From an uncultured Anaerolineales bacterium (lineage in GTDB: Bacteria; Chloroflexota; Anaerolineae; UBA7937; B3-Chlor), in contig CAYSSR010000002.1 in the NCBI GenBank assembly GCA_964433755.1, forward strand, positions 278,351 to 342,350: 64,000 nucleotides of DNA. The letters are read 5' to 3'. The notes beneath the pieces are model-generated. The model was not told the origin of the DNA. It worked only from the letters and a program-made list of their open reading frames with translations, and made no database searches. Shown in pieces: positions 37,874 through 46,952 of the stretch. Position 1 is the first letter of the stretch. The number at the start of each line of letters is the position of its first letter. The position numbers and the translations under genes were made by a program.

Positions 37874-39451
37874 ATGAAGCATAGACAGGGTAGGGTCTCA
37901 CTGCGCACAGCGGGTGCTTGTATGGCGATCGTCATCTCCCTTCTGCTGCTCGTTCCAGGGCTGGCGCAGGCCCAGGGACCCGGCACCTGGGAAGAGTACT
38001 CGGGCAACCCCATCATCGGTCCCACCACCGACGCCGACGGTTTGTATCCCTCCATACTCTACGATCCGTCCCCGACCCCCTTCGGTGGTCACGGGGAAGC
38101 GAGCCACTTCAAGATGTGGCACAACATGAATCTCCAGTATCGAACCTCAGACGATGGCATCTCGTGGACCAAAGTAGGCGATATGCTGGACGGCACCATC
38201 ACAGGCTTGCCAGCAGGCCACGTGAGTCACCCGTTGGTGGAGTACTATGCAGACGGGTTCCCGGGTCGCAACGATGGCACCAATCCCAGCGCAAGCACGA
38301 TGTACTACCGGCTGTGGTTCTGGCACACCAGCTACCTCTACACCGTTATGTCTACCCACTACGCCGAATCAGCCGATGGCAAGGCCTGGTACAACCTGCA
38401 GCCCCTTCAGAATGGCGCTGTGCCCATCGTCACGGGGGTGTATGGCGATTGGAACCGAGGGTCGTACGGACCTTGCGACGTGCTCTATGACCCTGGTGCC
38501 AGCAACAGCGGCACCGACTGGACCTTCCGGCTGTACTACGATGGCACTACGGGCGGTGACGAAGCTGTAGGACTTGGCTTCTCGGCAGACGGAGTCACCT
38601 GGACCGGCTACGATCCCGACAATGATGGAGACGCCGATGACGTCATGAACGGCACCTACGTGGCCGGGGACTGGGACTACAACTACGTATCGCGCGCGAC
38701 CGTCTGGAGAGAGGGTCCAGGGGACTACCGCATGTGGTACAGCGCCGGCCCCGGGGAGATGCGCCAGGGCATAGGCTACGCCACGTCTCCCGACGGGTTG
38801 ACCTGGACCCGCGACCCCGGCAACCCCATCTTCCACAAGACCGATACCGGATATCCTGGCTATCCCTGGCGACAGAACTGGTCTTACACGCCCATGGTCT
38901 TGCGCGCCGAGAACCTCTGGCTGATGTGGTACTCTGGTGAGGGCGGAGAAGGGCAGTGCCTGGGTCTCGCCTACGCCAGCGCGGGACTGCCGATCACACT
39001 GATAGAGATCGAGAAGAGCGCCCACCCGCCCGAGGTGAGCGTGGGGGAGGAAGCCCTGTTCAACATCACCGTGACTAACGCCTCGCTGGACATCGTTGAT
39101 GACGTGATGGTCAAAGACAAGATCGACGCCAGCCTGGAGATATTGGACGTTCAGACCACCAAGGGATCGATCTCCACAACCGGGCAATTGGTGACGGTGA
39201 ACATAGGGGCCATGGACCCAGACGAGAGCGTGGAGATAACCATTCGAGTGCTGGCTACAGAACCAGGGACGATCGAGAACGTGGCCACCGTGGTCGCTCC
39301 GCGCGTCGAAGATACCGCCGAAGCCGTTCTCACCGTGATTCCCGCTGTCGCCGAGGAGTATGTGCCCGAGGCTGGGTCGCTGCTGCTGCTGGCCAGCGGA
39401 CTCGCCAGCATGGTCGGATTCGCCCGCGGCCGCCGCGGAAGGGCCAGATAA
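37874..39451 (+). CDS. Paralog of 34550..36130: BNR-propeller + DUF11 protein with PEP-CTERM-like signal (VPEAGSLLLLASGLASMVGFARGRRGRAR)
   Basis: ~65-70% identical to the first copy, with the same domain order. Confidence 0.8.
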   Translation: MKHRQGRVSLRTAGACMAIVISLLLLVPGLAQAQGPGTWEEYSGNPIIGPTTDADGLYPSILYDPSPTPFGGHGEASHFKMWHNMNLQYRTSDDGISWTKVGDMLDGTITGLPAGHVSHPLVEYYADGFPGRNDGTNPSASTMYYRLWFWHTSYLYTVMSTHYAESADGKAWYNLQPLQNGAVPIVTGVYGDWNRGSYGPCDVLYDPGASNSGTDWTFRLYYDGTTGGDEAVGLGFSADGVTWTGYDPDNDGDADDVMNGTYVAGDWDYNYVSRATVWREGPGDYRMWYSAGPGEMRQGIGYATSPDGLTWTRDPGNPIFHKTDTGYPGYPWRQNWSYTPMVLRAENLWLMWYSGEGGEGQCLGLAYASAGLPITLIEIEKSAHPPEVSVGEEALFNITVTNASLDIVDDVMVKDKIDASLEILDVQTTKGSISTTGQLVTVNIGAMDPDESVEITIRVLATEPGTIENVATVVAPRVEDTAEAVLTVIPAVAEEYVPEAGSLLLLASGLASMVGFARGRRGRAR

Positions 39452-39470
39452 GCCAGAATCTCTGCGACTG

Positions 39471-40229
39471 CTAGTCGACTTCGAGCGCGGACAGGAGCTG
39501 CCCTTTCAAGGATGCGAACGCACCCGAGGTGATCATGTCTCGCTGCCGCGGGCGCGCCAGTGGAATGCTGAGCTCCAGCTTGATCCTTCCGGGCCGAGGA
39601 CTCATGACGTAGACGCGGTCGGCGAGGTAGATGGCCTCGTCTACGTCGTGGGTCACGAAGATGATCGTTTGCCCAAACTGGCTCCACACCTCGAGCAACC
39701 ACTGCTGTAGCTGCCGCCTGGTTAGGGCATCCAGGGCACCGAAGGGTTCGTCCAGCAGCATCACGTCCCTCCGGCAGAGGAACGTCCGCAACAGAGCAGC
39801 CCTTTGCCTCATACCTCCTGACAACGTTGCCGGGTAACTCCCCTCGAACCCTTCCAGGCCGAAGAGAGGAAGCAGGCCCACAGCTTCCTGCCGCGCCTCC
39901 TTCCTGCTCGCGCCGCTGATCTCGGGACCGAGGATCACGTTGTCCAGGACCTTCCGCCAGGGGAGCAGCAAGTCCTTCTGTAGCATGTAGCCCACCAGAC
40001 CGGTGCGATCCACGACCGGCTGGCCGTCCAGGAGCACCTCTCCCCGGTCAGGTTGCACCAGGCCGCAGATGATGTTCAGCAGCGTGCTCTTTCCGCAGCC
40101 GCTCGGCCCGATGAGGACCACGAACTCCCCGTCTTTGGCAGAGAGACTGACCCCGTCCAGCGTGGTGACCAGCCTGCCATCCACGTGGTAGTCCTTGAAG
40201 ACCTGCCGTACCTCGACCTCGCTGACCAT
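39471..40229 (-). CDS. ABC transporter ATP-binding protein (NitT/TauT family)
   Basis: GPSGCGKST Walker A and LSGGMRQR signature. Confidence 0.9.
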   Translation of the reverse strand: MVSEVEVRQVFKDYHVDGRLVTTLDGVSLSAKDGEFVVLIGPSGCGKSTLLNIICGLVQPDRGEVLLDGQPVVDRTGLVGYMLQKDLLLPWRKVLDNVILGPEISGASRKEARQEAVGLLPLFGLEGFEGSYPATLSGGMRQRAALLRTFLCRRDVMLLDEPFGALDALTRRQLQQWLLEVWSQFGQTIIFVTHDVDEAIYLADRVYVMSPRPGRIKLELSIPLARPRQRDMITSGAFASLKGQLLSALEVD

Positions 40230-40230
40230 G

Positions 40231-41226
40231 CTACGGCAAGAACTCGTTGGTAAAGGCAGCCCCGGCGTCGATGTGGCTGGGCAGCAGTTCTCTATCGGCC
40301 ATCCAATCGGCGTAGCCCTTCCAGATCTCCAGCTTCTGCTCTCCCCACCTGGCGGCGTCCTCCTGGTAGTGAGCGCTCAGCCACTCCTGGCTACGCTCGA
40401 CCAGTTCCGCGTTGCTCTCGGGCGCATACTCCAGGAGGATCTGAGCCGCCTCGGACGGGTTGGATATGGCGAACTCGTACCCCCGGGAGGTGGCCGCCAT
40501 GAAGCCGCGCACTAGCTCCGGGTCCTCGGCGATGTTCTCCTCGCTGGTGATGATCACCGGCGTGTAGTAGTCGGGTACACAGTCAGCCCAGTCGCTCAAC
40601 ATCACGATATCGACGGGGCTCCCTCGCAACTCCGCCTCCATCCCCGTCCAGCCATAGAAGATCCACGCGAAGTCCACGTCCCGCTCGACGACGGTGAAGT
40701 AGTCGGCCCAACCGATATCGATGAACTCCACCTCGTTCACATCGCCGCCGTCACAGGTCATCAGCACGTCCAGCACAGCCCGCTCGATGGGAGAACCCCA
40801 ACTGCCATATCGTTTCCCTTCGAAATCCTTGGGCCGCTCGATGCCCCGATCCTGCGGGCTGGCAAACCCAGACGTGTTGTGCTGGATGACAGCCGCCACT
40901 GACACGATGGGGATTTCCTCAGCCCGAGCATAGGACACCTCTTCCTGATAGCTGATGCCGAAATCTGCCTGCCCCGCCGCCACCACCTGAACGAGGGTGC
41001 TGCCCTCCGCTGGCTCGATGATCTCCACGGCCAGTCCTTCGTCGCTGTACCAACCCTTGTCCAGCGCCACGTAGAGACCAGTATGATTGGTGTTGGGGAA
41101 CCAGTCCAACATCACCACCACCGGCTCAGGGGGCTCCGTGGCCACGGGCTGGGCGCCCTGGCAGCCGATCACCGTCACCAACAGAACAGCCAGGAATACG
41201 ACTCGTCTCCACTTGCAGGCCAACAT
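40231..41226 (-). CDS. ABC transporter substrate-binding lipoprotein, NMT1/THI5-like (thiamine-precursor binding)
   Basis: Start reset to MLACKWRR (lipobox VIGC). The 220-aa N-terminal extension in the ORF track overlaps the permease gene and was rejected. Confidence 0.75.
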   Translation of the reverse strand: MLACKWRRVVFLAVLLVTVIGCQGAQPVATEPPEPVVVMLDWFPNTNHTGLYVALDKGWYSDEGLAVEIIEPAEGSTLVQVVAAGQADFGISYQEEVSYARAEEIPIVSVAAVIQHNTSGFASPQDRGIERPKDFEGKRYGSWGSPIERAVLDVLMTCDGGDVNEVEFIDIGWADYFTVVERDVDFAWIFYGWTGMEAELRGSPVDIVMLSDWADCVPDYYTPVIITSEENIAEDPELVRGFMAATSRGYEFAISNPSEAAQILLEYAPESNAELVERSQEWLSAHYQEDAARWGEQKLEIWKGYADWMADRELLPSHIDAGAAFTNEFLP

Positions 41227-41285
41227 CGTCTTTCTCCTTTGGTCGATACGGTGCCCTGACCTTTGAGGGTCACGCCACCGCCGAC

Positions 41286-42152
41286 TCATGCCTCCTCCCA
41301 GACTTCCTCCCGCTGCGCGTAGTACCACGGTAGCACCGAGCGCTCCAGCAACATCACTACGGCAAACATGAGAATGCTCAGCAACGACGTCACGGCGATG
41401 GCGGCGAACACTCGATCTGTCAAGAAGTTCTTGGACGACCGGATCATGAAGATGCCCAGGCCTCGGCTCGCCCCCACCCATTCGCCGATGACAGCACCGA
41501 CCACACTGTACGTGATGGCGATCTTGAGACCAGAGAAGAACGAGGGAAGCGCTCCGGGCACCCGCACCTTGAGGAATATCTGACGTCTGTTCGCCCCCAT
41601 GGCCCTGAGCAGAGCGATCAGATCCGGGTCGGCCACCCTCAGTCCATCTGCGGTGCTGACGGCGATAGGGAAAAAGCAGACCAGGGCCACCACGATGACC
41701 TTGGGCAAGATTCCATATCCGAACCAGATGATGAGCAGAGGAGCAAGGGCCAGCACCGGCACAGTCTGGGAGGTCACCAACAATGGGTAGACCGTCCGGC
41801 GCAGCAGGCTCGACGAGTCGACCACCACGGCCAGGCAGAGGCCGACCATCAGAGCAAGGCCCAGCCCCAGCCACGTCTCCTTGAGAGTCTGCCACGTATG
41901 CGGACCCAGCAACTCACGCGCTTCATAGCCAGCCCTGACGATCTGTGTAGGGGACGGCAACAGCCACTTCGGGATCTGCATCAGCGAGGTGCCGAGCTGC
42001 CAGGCAAACAACAGCAGCAGAATGAGTATCAGCGGCGGCGCGTACAACCGAACCAGGCGGAGTGCTCCTACCAGTCGCGCTGGCCCCCCACGGGTATCAA
42101 GCGAAGAATCCCGACTCGGACCGGACTTCCGTCGAGCTCCCTCAGACTTCAT
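41286..42152 (-). CDS. ABC transporter permease (NitT/TauT family)
   Basis: Six predicted TM helices and an EAA-like loop. Confidence 0.85.
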   Translation of the reverse strand: MKSEGARRKSGPSRDSSLDTRGGPARLVGALRLVRLYAPPLILILLLLFAWQLGTSLMQIPKWLLPSPTQIVRAGYEARELLGPHTWQTLKETWLGLGLALMVGLCLAVVVDSSSLLRRTVYPLLVTSQTVPVLALAPLLIIWFGYGILPKVIVVALVCFFPIAVSTADGLRVADPDLIALLRAMGANRRQIFLKVRVPGALPSFFSGLKIAITYSVVGAVIGEWVGASRGLGIFMIRSSKNFLTDRVFAAIAVTSLLSILMFAVVMLLERSVLPWYYAQREEVWEEA

Positions 42153-42436
42153 GGTTCCCTGTACTTGGCCACCTTCTCGGCGATGGTAGTGCCCCCTACC
42201 ACGTCCACGATCTTGACGAAGGTCACGACGCGCTCCGCCCCTGCCTCGAAGCAGGCCCGATGTCCTCCCTTCACGATCTCCAGGAGGTCATCAAGTTCCC
42301 CTTGCATGGTCGTTTCGTGGGGCCCGACCTCATACTCCACGCCCGAGTGTTGCACCACTTCGATCGCCTTGTCCACTACGGGATAGGGATCGTCGCAGAT
42401 CGGTATCACCTGGAAGCTAACCGTGATCTCGCTCAT
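42149..42436 (-). CDS. YkoF/MTH1187 family thiamine/HMP-binding protein
   Basis: MSEITVSFQVIP...VEYEVGPHETTMQGELDDLLEIVK pattern. Start taken at MSEITV. Confidence 0.7.
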   Translation of the reverse strand: MSEITVSFQVIPICDDPYPVVDKAIEVVQHSGVEYEVGPHETTMQGELDDLLEIVKGGHRACFEAGAERVVTFVKIVDVVGGTTIAEKVAKYREP

Positions 42437-43109
42437 GCTCACCTTCTTTCGCGTGTGCTCCGTTGTCGTCCAAGGGCCGATGGTGATGAACCAGCAGCAG
42501 GAGTCCATCCCGTACCCGTACCCTGGCTCGAGAGGCAACCAGCACGTTGCTCACTCCTCGACTGGCGCCAAACTGGAGTGACTCATCGGTCAGAGGATAC
42601 TCCAGACCCTCTGTGTGAACGCCCACGGCGTCCCCGCCAATCGGCAGCAGAGAGACGGTGTCGCCAGGCCGACCCTCGATCAGGATCTCGTCCCTCAGCA
42701 ACGCCAACTCCTGGTTACCATCTATCATTCTCGCTGAAACAGAACTCAATTCCGGTATGGCCAGCAGCATGACGTTGGCGAGGGTGTGGTCTATACGACC
42801 TCCAAGGGCTGCGAGTATGAGTAGCTCTGTTGCCCCCTCTGACAAGGCGTACCTCACGGCCAGTTCGGAGTCGGTCTCATCCTTGCGCGATGGGTACTCC
42901 ACGAACAGACAGCCCTCTCCCTCCAGATGGCGGCGCAGTTCAGGGTCGATGGAATCCATGTCGCCAATCACGACGCTGGGTTCCAGTCCCAGTGCCAGCG
43001 CATTTCCAGCTCCGCCATCCACGCACACCACCAGGTCCTCGCTCGTGATTCGAGGTCGTGGAATGGGCGGCCTCGGCAGGGGTCCATTGGCTACGATCAC
43101 CGCACGCAT
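42417..43109 (-). CDS. Thiamine pyrophosphokinase
   Basis: DGGA, IGDMDS, KDETDSE and GGRIDHTLAN motifs. Start taken at MRAVIVANG, which is preceded by GGGGAGGAG. Confidence 0.75.
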   Translation of the reverse strand: MRAVIVANGPLPRPPIPRPRITSEDLVVCVDGGAGNALALGLEPSVVIGDMDSIDPELRRHLEGEGCLFVEYPSRKDETDSELAVRYALSEGATELLILAALGGRIDHTLANVMLLAIPELSSVSARMIDGNQELALLRDEILIEGRPGDTVSLLPIGGDAVGVHTEGLEYPLTDESLQFGASRGVSNVLVASRARVRVRDGLLLLVHHHRPLDDNGAHAKEGEHERDHG

Positions 43110-43120
43110 GGCTCCTCCCC

Positions 43121-43158
43121 AACAAAAGAGAGCCGCCTCCCTCGCAGGGCTGCGGCTC
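43121..43158 (-). terminator. Intrinsic terminator (GAGCCGC...GCGGCUC + UCUUUUGUU) forming the expression platform of the TPP riboswitch
   Basis: 7-bp GC stem plus a U tract, immediately upstream of the thiamine pyrophosphokinase ribosome-binding site. Confidence 0.6.
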
Positions 43159-43177
43159 GAAACAAGCTCTTCAGCAA

Positions 43178-43280
43178 CCTTCCCTACGCTGGCATTACCC
43201 ATGTCAGGTTCGTGGGGTCGAGGGCATTGCGGGCCCTCCTCTCAGCCTGGCTCACCAAGCTCCCCTGGGTGCTTCCATTC
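43178..43280 (-). promoter_or_regulatory. TPP (thiamine pyrophosphate) riboswitch
   Basis: Minus-strand RNA reads ...GGGGAGC...GCUGAGAGG...ACCCCACGAACCUGACAUGGGUAAUGCCAGCGUAGGGAAGG. It matches the conserved TPP aptamer blocks. Confidence 0.85.
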
Positions 43281-43293
43281 AATTGTCAGGACT

Positions 43294-43322
43294 AGTATAG
43301 CACAAGCCCCTTTACTTGTCAA
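43294..43322 (-). promoter_or_regulatory. Sigma70-type promoter (minus) TTGACA-17-TATACT (TGC extended -10) driving the TPP riboswitch and thiamine operon
   Basis: Reverse complement reads cTTGACAAGTaaaggggcTTGTGCTATACTagt. Confidence 0.65.
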
Positions 43323-43668
43323 GAAGCGATTGTGTAGCGACAGATCTGAGACCCACCCACGGCACCGTAGTTGGTCGGTCGACGGCGCTGGGGAAAGACC
43401 CCCGTTGCCCCCGAAGCCTCATCTGGTGCGCTCGATGCCGTCAGCGGGTTGGGCGCTTCCGACCCGCTGCCAGGACCAAAGCCAGCTCATGGAGTGGTGC
43501 GAGTCGAGGACTTTGCAGAATGGTCATCGCGCGACCGAAGTCCGGGGCCGGAAGATGGGAGGCAGGCTCCAGCCGGTTCCGAGATGGGGGGTGAACAAAC
43601 GCTGATCGGTGGCCCACACGTCCGGCCGGCGCGCCATGCCCACACGCACAACGTGCCGGACCGCCCTC

Positions 43669-44292
43669 CTAGTCTGGCGGGGCGTCGTCTTGGACTGCAG
43701 CCACTTCCGTGTCGCTCCGGGCAAGCTCCCCCTCGAGTTGTCTCGAGACCAAAAACGTGCACGAGTCGTCACCCCGCGCAACACACTCCGTCTCAATGAC
43801 ACGGAAACCCTCTTCCTCAGTGAGCCAGTGGAGTACTTCGTCTACCATGCCAGCAATGCCGAAGCAGACAGGTGCCTCCGAGACTCTGCCCCAGCACTCG
43901 GGACAGTGCTCGATCATCAGAAGAAGATCGCCGGCCCGCTCCTCGAGATGGGCATCCACGTCGCTGAACTTGCCCAAGACGTCGGCCAGAGTGTTCAACC
44001 CCACCTTGACCTTGGCTCCGACGGGCAAGAGCTTGAAGGCAGGGTCCGGGAGGTCCGCCATCAGCCCACCCTCAGTGACCGCTTGTCGAAGAGTCGCCCT
44101 GCCCGCCCGCCGGCAGAGTCCCTTCGCCCCTTGCGGCCCGCACATCTCCAGGACGGACTGGTTGAGCGCGGCGAAATCCTCGAAGGGGACCTCGCTGTCG
44201 AGCGTGTCCGGTGGGTAGTCGCCAATCAGGTGGTCGAGCCTCGCCAGACGCAGAACGGCAGCAACACCGTTGCTGCCCATTATGTCCTCCAT
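43669..44292 (-). CDS. V4R (4-vinyl reductase) domain protein
   Basis: C-terminal HCPECWG...C motif typical of V4R small-molecule-binding domains. Confidence 0.6.
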   Translation of the reverse strand: MEDIMGSNGVAAVLRLARLDHLIGDYPPDTLDSEVPFEDFAALNQSVLEMCGPQGAKGLCRRAGRATLRQAVTEGGLMADLPDPAFKLLPVGAKVKVGLNTLADVLGKFSDVDAHLEERAGDLLLMIEHCPECWGRVSEAPVCFGIAGMVDEVLHWLTEEEGFRVIETECVARGDDSCTFLVSRQLEGELARSDTEVAAVQDDAPPD

Positions 44293-44479
44293 GGCCGTCA
44301 GATAGAGACGAGCCAGCTCATTGGAGTAGTATCTTCTTTCGCCGTTCCATACCTCTGACAGGGCCCACCTCCGCCCACGGCATCACAGGTACTGCTTTCG
44401 AGCCCACCAACTGACTCCCCTCTGCCAATCCACACCTCTCCGTATCGCGGCAGATGTGTTCAGGCCATCGACGAACAGC

Positions 44480-44854
44480 TCACACGATCTGGGCCAGATC
44501 CTCCGCGGCGCGCTTCATATCCAGAAGCAGCAACCCCAGCCGAGCATCACTGCGAGCCAGCACTGTCAGCACTGCCTCCTCCCCCACGGCTCGCAGAATG
44601 ACGTAGCCGTCCTCGCCCTTGATGTGAACCTGCTCCAACACCCCGCGCCCCAGCTCTCCCGCTATGCGCTCCCCGAGAGAGAGCATGGCGGCGGACATGG
44701 CCGAGACCCGATCCTCTTCCACTCCAGGGGGAAGCGAGGAGGCCATGATCAGTCCATCAAGACTGACCACTGCCGAGGCTTCGATATCGGGGGTGGTCAC
44801 CTGGAGGTCCCTCAGGCGCTCCACCATCTGCACCGTCCTCGGTTTGGCCATCAC
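44480..44854 (-). CDS. Roadblock/LC7 (MglB-like) domain protein
   Basis: 124 aa with the Robl_LC7 pattern (SAVVSLDGLIMASS). Confidence 0.8.
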   Translation of the reverse strand: MMAKPRTVQMVERLRDLQVTTPDIEASAVVSLDGLIMASSLPPGVEEDRVSAMSAAMLSLGERIAGELGRGVLEQVHIKGEDGYVILRAVGEEAVLTVLARSDARLGLLLLDMKRAAEDLAQIV

Positions 44855-44971
44855 ACTTCCTCCTCAGGCAAGTCCAGGGCCCTCATCTCGAAGGCCCGTG
44901 TTGTGGCACTGGCCACACGCAGTCGCCCCTGGCTGTGATTCTGGCAAGCTTGCTCAACCTCTGGATCCCCC

Positions 44972-45505
44972 CTATCCTTCGCTGATCGACTCCAGTATCG
45001 AGTAGAGCAGCTCAAGGAGTACCCCCTTCACGCTTTCACGGTCGGTGGCCACGCACGAGAGGACCTTTGCGTCCGAGGAGGCCCTCAGTGCGATTCGCAT
45101 ATCCTCCGGGGGCCACGCATCCTCCACGTCTTGCTTGTTAGCCGCTATCACGAAGGGTGTCGGAGAGTACCGGCGGAAGCGGTCCAGTATCATCTTTGCC
45201 TCGCGGAAGGTCTCCGGGCGAGCGCTATCCACCAGTACCACGAAGCCCAGCATCCCCTCCGAGAGAATGTCCCACATGAAGTCGAAGCGCTTTTGGCCCG
45301 GCGTCCCGAACAGGTACAGAGTGAGGTCGTTGTCCACTGTAATGCGGCCGAAGTCCATGGCCACGGTGGTCTTTCCCTTCACCACCCGTGACCCGTCGGT
45401 GATCTTCTGCTCGGTGGATACGACGTCTATCTCGCTGACGCTACTGATGAACTCGGTCTTGCCTGCATTGAAAGGTCCTGTGACCACCACCTTCACAGTC
45501 TGCAT
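44972..45505 (-). CDS. Small Ras-like GTPase (MglA/CvnD-like, COG2229)
   Basis: P-loop GPFNAGKT and NKQD G4 motif. Start taken at MQTVKVVV. Confidence 0.8.
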   Translation of the reverse strand: MQTVKVVVTGPFNAGKTEFISSVSEIDVVSTEQKITDGSRVVKGKTTVAMDFGRITVDNDLTLYLFGTPGQKRFDFMWDILSEGMLGFVVLVDSARPETFREAKMILDRFRRYSPTPFVIAANKQDVEDAWPPEDMRIALRASSDAKVLSCVATDRESVKGVLLELLYSILESISEG

Positions 45506-45563
45506 ATGGACAGCACACTCCTCGAACACCCTACGGCGATCTCAGGGTACGGAAGAGATCCGA

Positions 45564-46379
45564 CTACATCCTCTTGACCCTATCTATGAGGCGAAGAATC
45601 AAGCTCCGCTTCACCGGTGGAGGCGCACTGACTGCCTCCGACGCAGGAGGCGCCTGCTTGGGCCCCTCCGGCAGGACCAGCTCGACGAGACCGGCGGACA
45701 ACAACCCATACACGATCCTCCGTATCTTGAAGTCAGCCATCGAGTTGGCCTTGGCTATCTGCCTGATGGTGTTGCGTGGATTGATGAAGGAAATGACCCG
45801 CCACTCCTCCACGGTGAGGTTGATGTCACGAAGCCTGGCATCCGGCCGTTCGGTGAACTTCAGGGCCATGTTCAGGTCGGGCAGCTCATTCTGGAGCTTC
45901 TCGTACTCCTTGACGCGCCGGCTGCCCTCCATGATGATGTTCTCGAGATTGATGGGTACAGTGATCGCCCCCTCGGCGGGGAGTCTGTTCGGTTCGAAGC
46001 GAAACGACCCATCAGTCCACGTGAACAGCAGATAGACCACATCCAGAGTGTGTGAGCGCACACTCTGGACGATGTCGTCCTGTGTCACGTAGCCAGCGTT
46101 GATCAGGAGCAGACCCAGTTCTTTGTCGGCGTCGGTCTTGGACCTCGCTCGAATGACTCGTGATTGTTCCGAGCTGATCTTGCCTGCCCTCTCGAGCATC
46201 CCGATCAGCCCATCGTCCTGGACATTGAGGGACGCATACACAAGCCTGCCTTCCTTGAAGCAGACCTCTGCCTTCCTGCCGCTTCCTTCAATGGTCAGGG
46301 AGCCGGTCTTCCGAGCAAGGTTGATGAGATTGAAGAGCTGAGTGACGTTGAAGTCCTTCAGATTACCTTTCAAGGCCAT
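45564..46379 (-). CDS. DUF4388 domain protein
   Basis: The N-terminal LKGNLKDFNVTQLFNLINLARKTGSL is the DUF4388 signature. Confidence 0.7.
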   Translation of the reverse strand: MALKGNLKDFNVTQLFNLINLARKTGSLTIEGSGRKAEVCFKEGRLVYASLNVQDDGLIGMLERAGKISSEQSRVIRARSKTDADKELGLLLINAGYVTQDDIVQSVRSHTLDVVYLLFTWTDGSFRFEPNRLPAEGAITVPINLENIIMEGSRRVKEYEKLQNELPDLNMALKFTERPDARLRDINLTVEEWRVISFINPRNTIRQIAKANSMADFKIRRIVYGLLSAGLVELVLPEGPKQAPPASEAVSAPPPVKRSLILRLIDRVKRM

Positions 46380-46903
46380 CTTCTGCTCCTCTACGCGCTA
46401 CCACGAGCCAGGACTTGAGGTGGTGGTCCAGGAACAAGATCTCTCGGCGCCGCACCCCGCGCCAGGCAGGCGCCACCCCAGGGTCCGGCCAGAACAGGCA
46501 GACTGGTATTATACATTTACACTCCAGCATAGTCAACTGCATGCGGCAGGGTAGGGAACAAGGGTTCTCACAACCTTCTGCGTTGGGCCAGAGAAGCTGA
46601 CGACGCAGCGAAGCGCCTATTCGAGCCGGCTTCGCCGACGTTCGACCAGATCAGGGACTGGCGCCGAAACGAACCGTGGAAGCGATCGCCTCGTTTCGCC
46701 CACGTCGTACTGCGTTGCTGGCCGCGCACACATCAGTGAGTTCGCCAGGCCCCTCACGGATACGCCGTGCAGCCCTGCCGGAGGAGCGACACGGCGTGCG
46801 GCGGGAATCACTACCCCGCCGCCCATGACTCTAAGCGCTCTTAAACACACCTAGATTCTAGTGTAGCTTTCGACGACATGTCAATAGTCCAATGGTACCG
46901 CCG

Positions 46904-46932
46904 TTGACTTTGCGACTACATCGGACTAGAAT
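46904..46932 (+). promoter_or_regulatory. Sigma70-type promoter TTGACT-17-TAGAAT for the E1 alpha/beta operon
   Basis: The sequence ccgTTGACTttgcgactacatcggacTAGAATcg. Confidence 0.45.
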
Positions 46933-46952
46933 CGTGCGGGAGGGATACTCTG

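Noticed and set aside
40231-41895. 554-aa ORF in the track, with an N-terminal 220 aa rich in Arg/Gly/His
   Set aside because: The N-terminal part overlaps the upstream permease gene on the same strand in another frame and has no protein-like composition. A lipoprotein signal (MLACKWRR...VIGC) begins at the internal ATG at 41226, so the true gene is 40231..41226.
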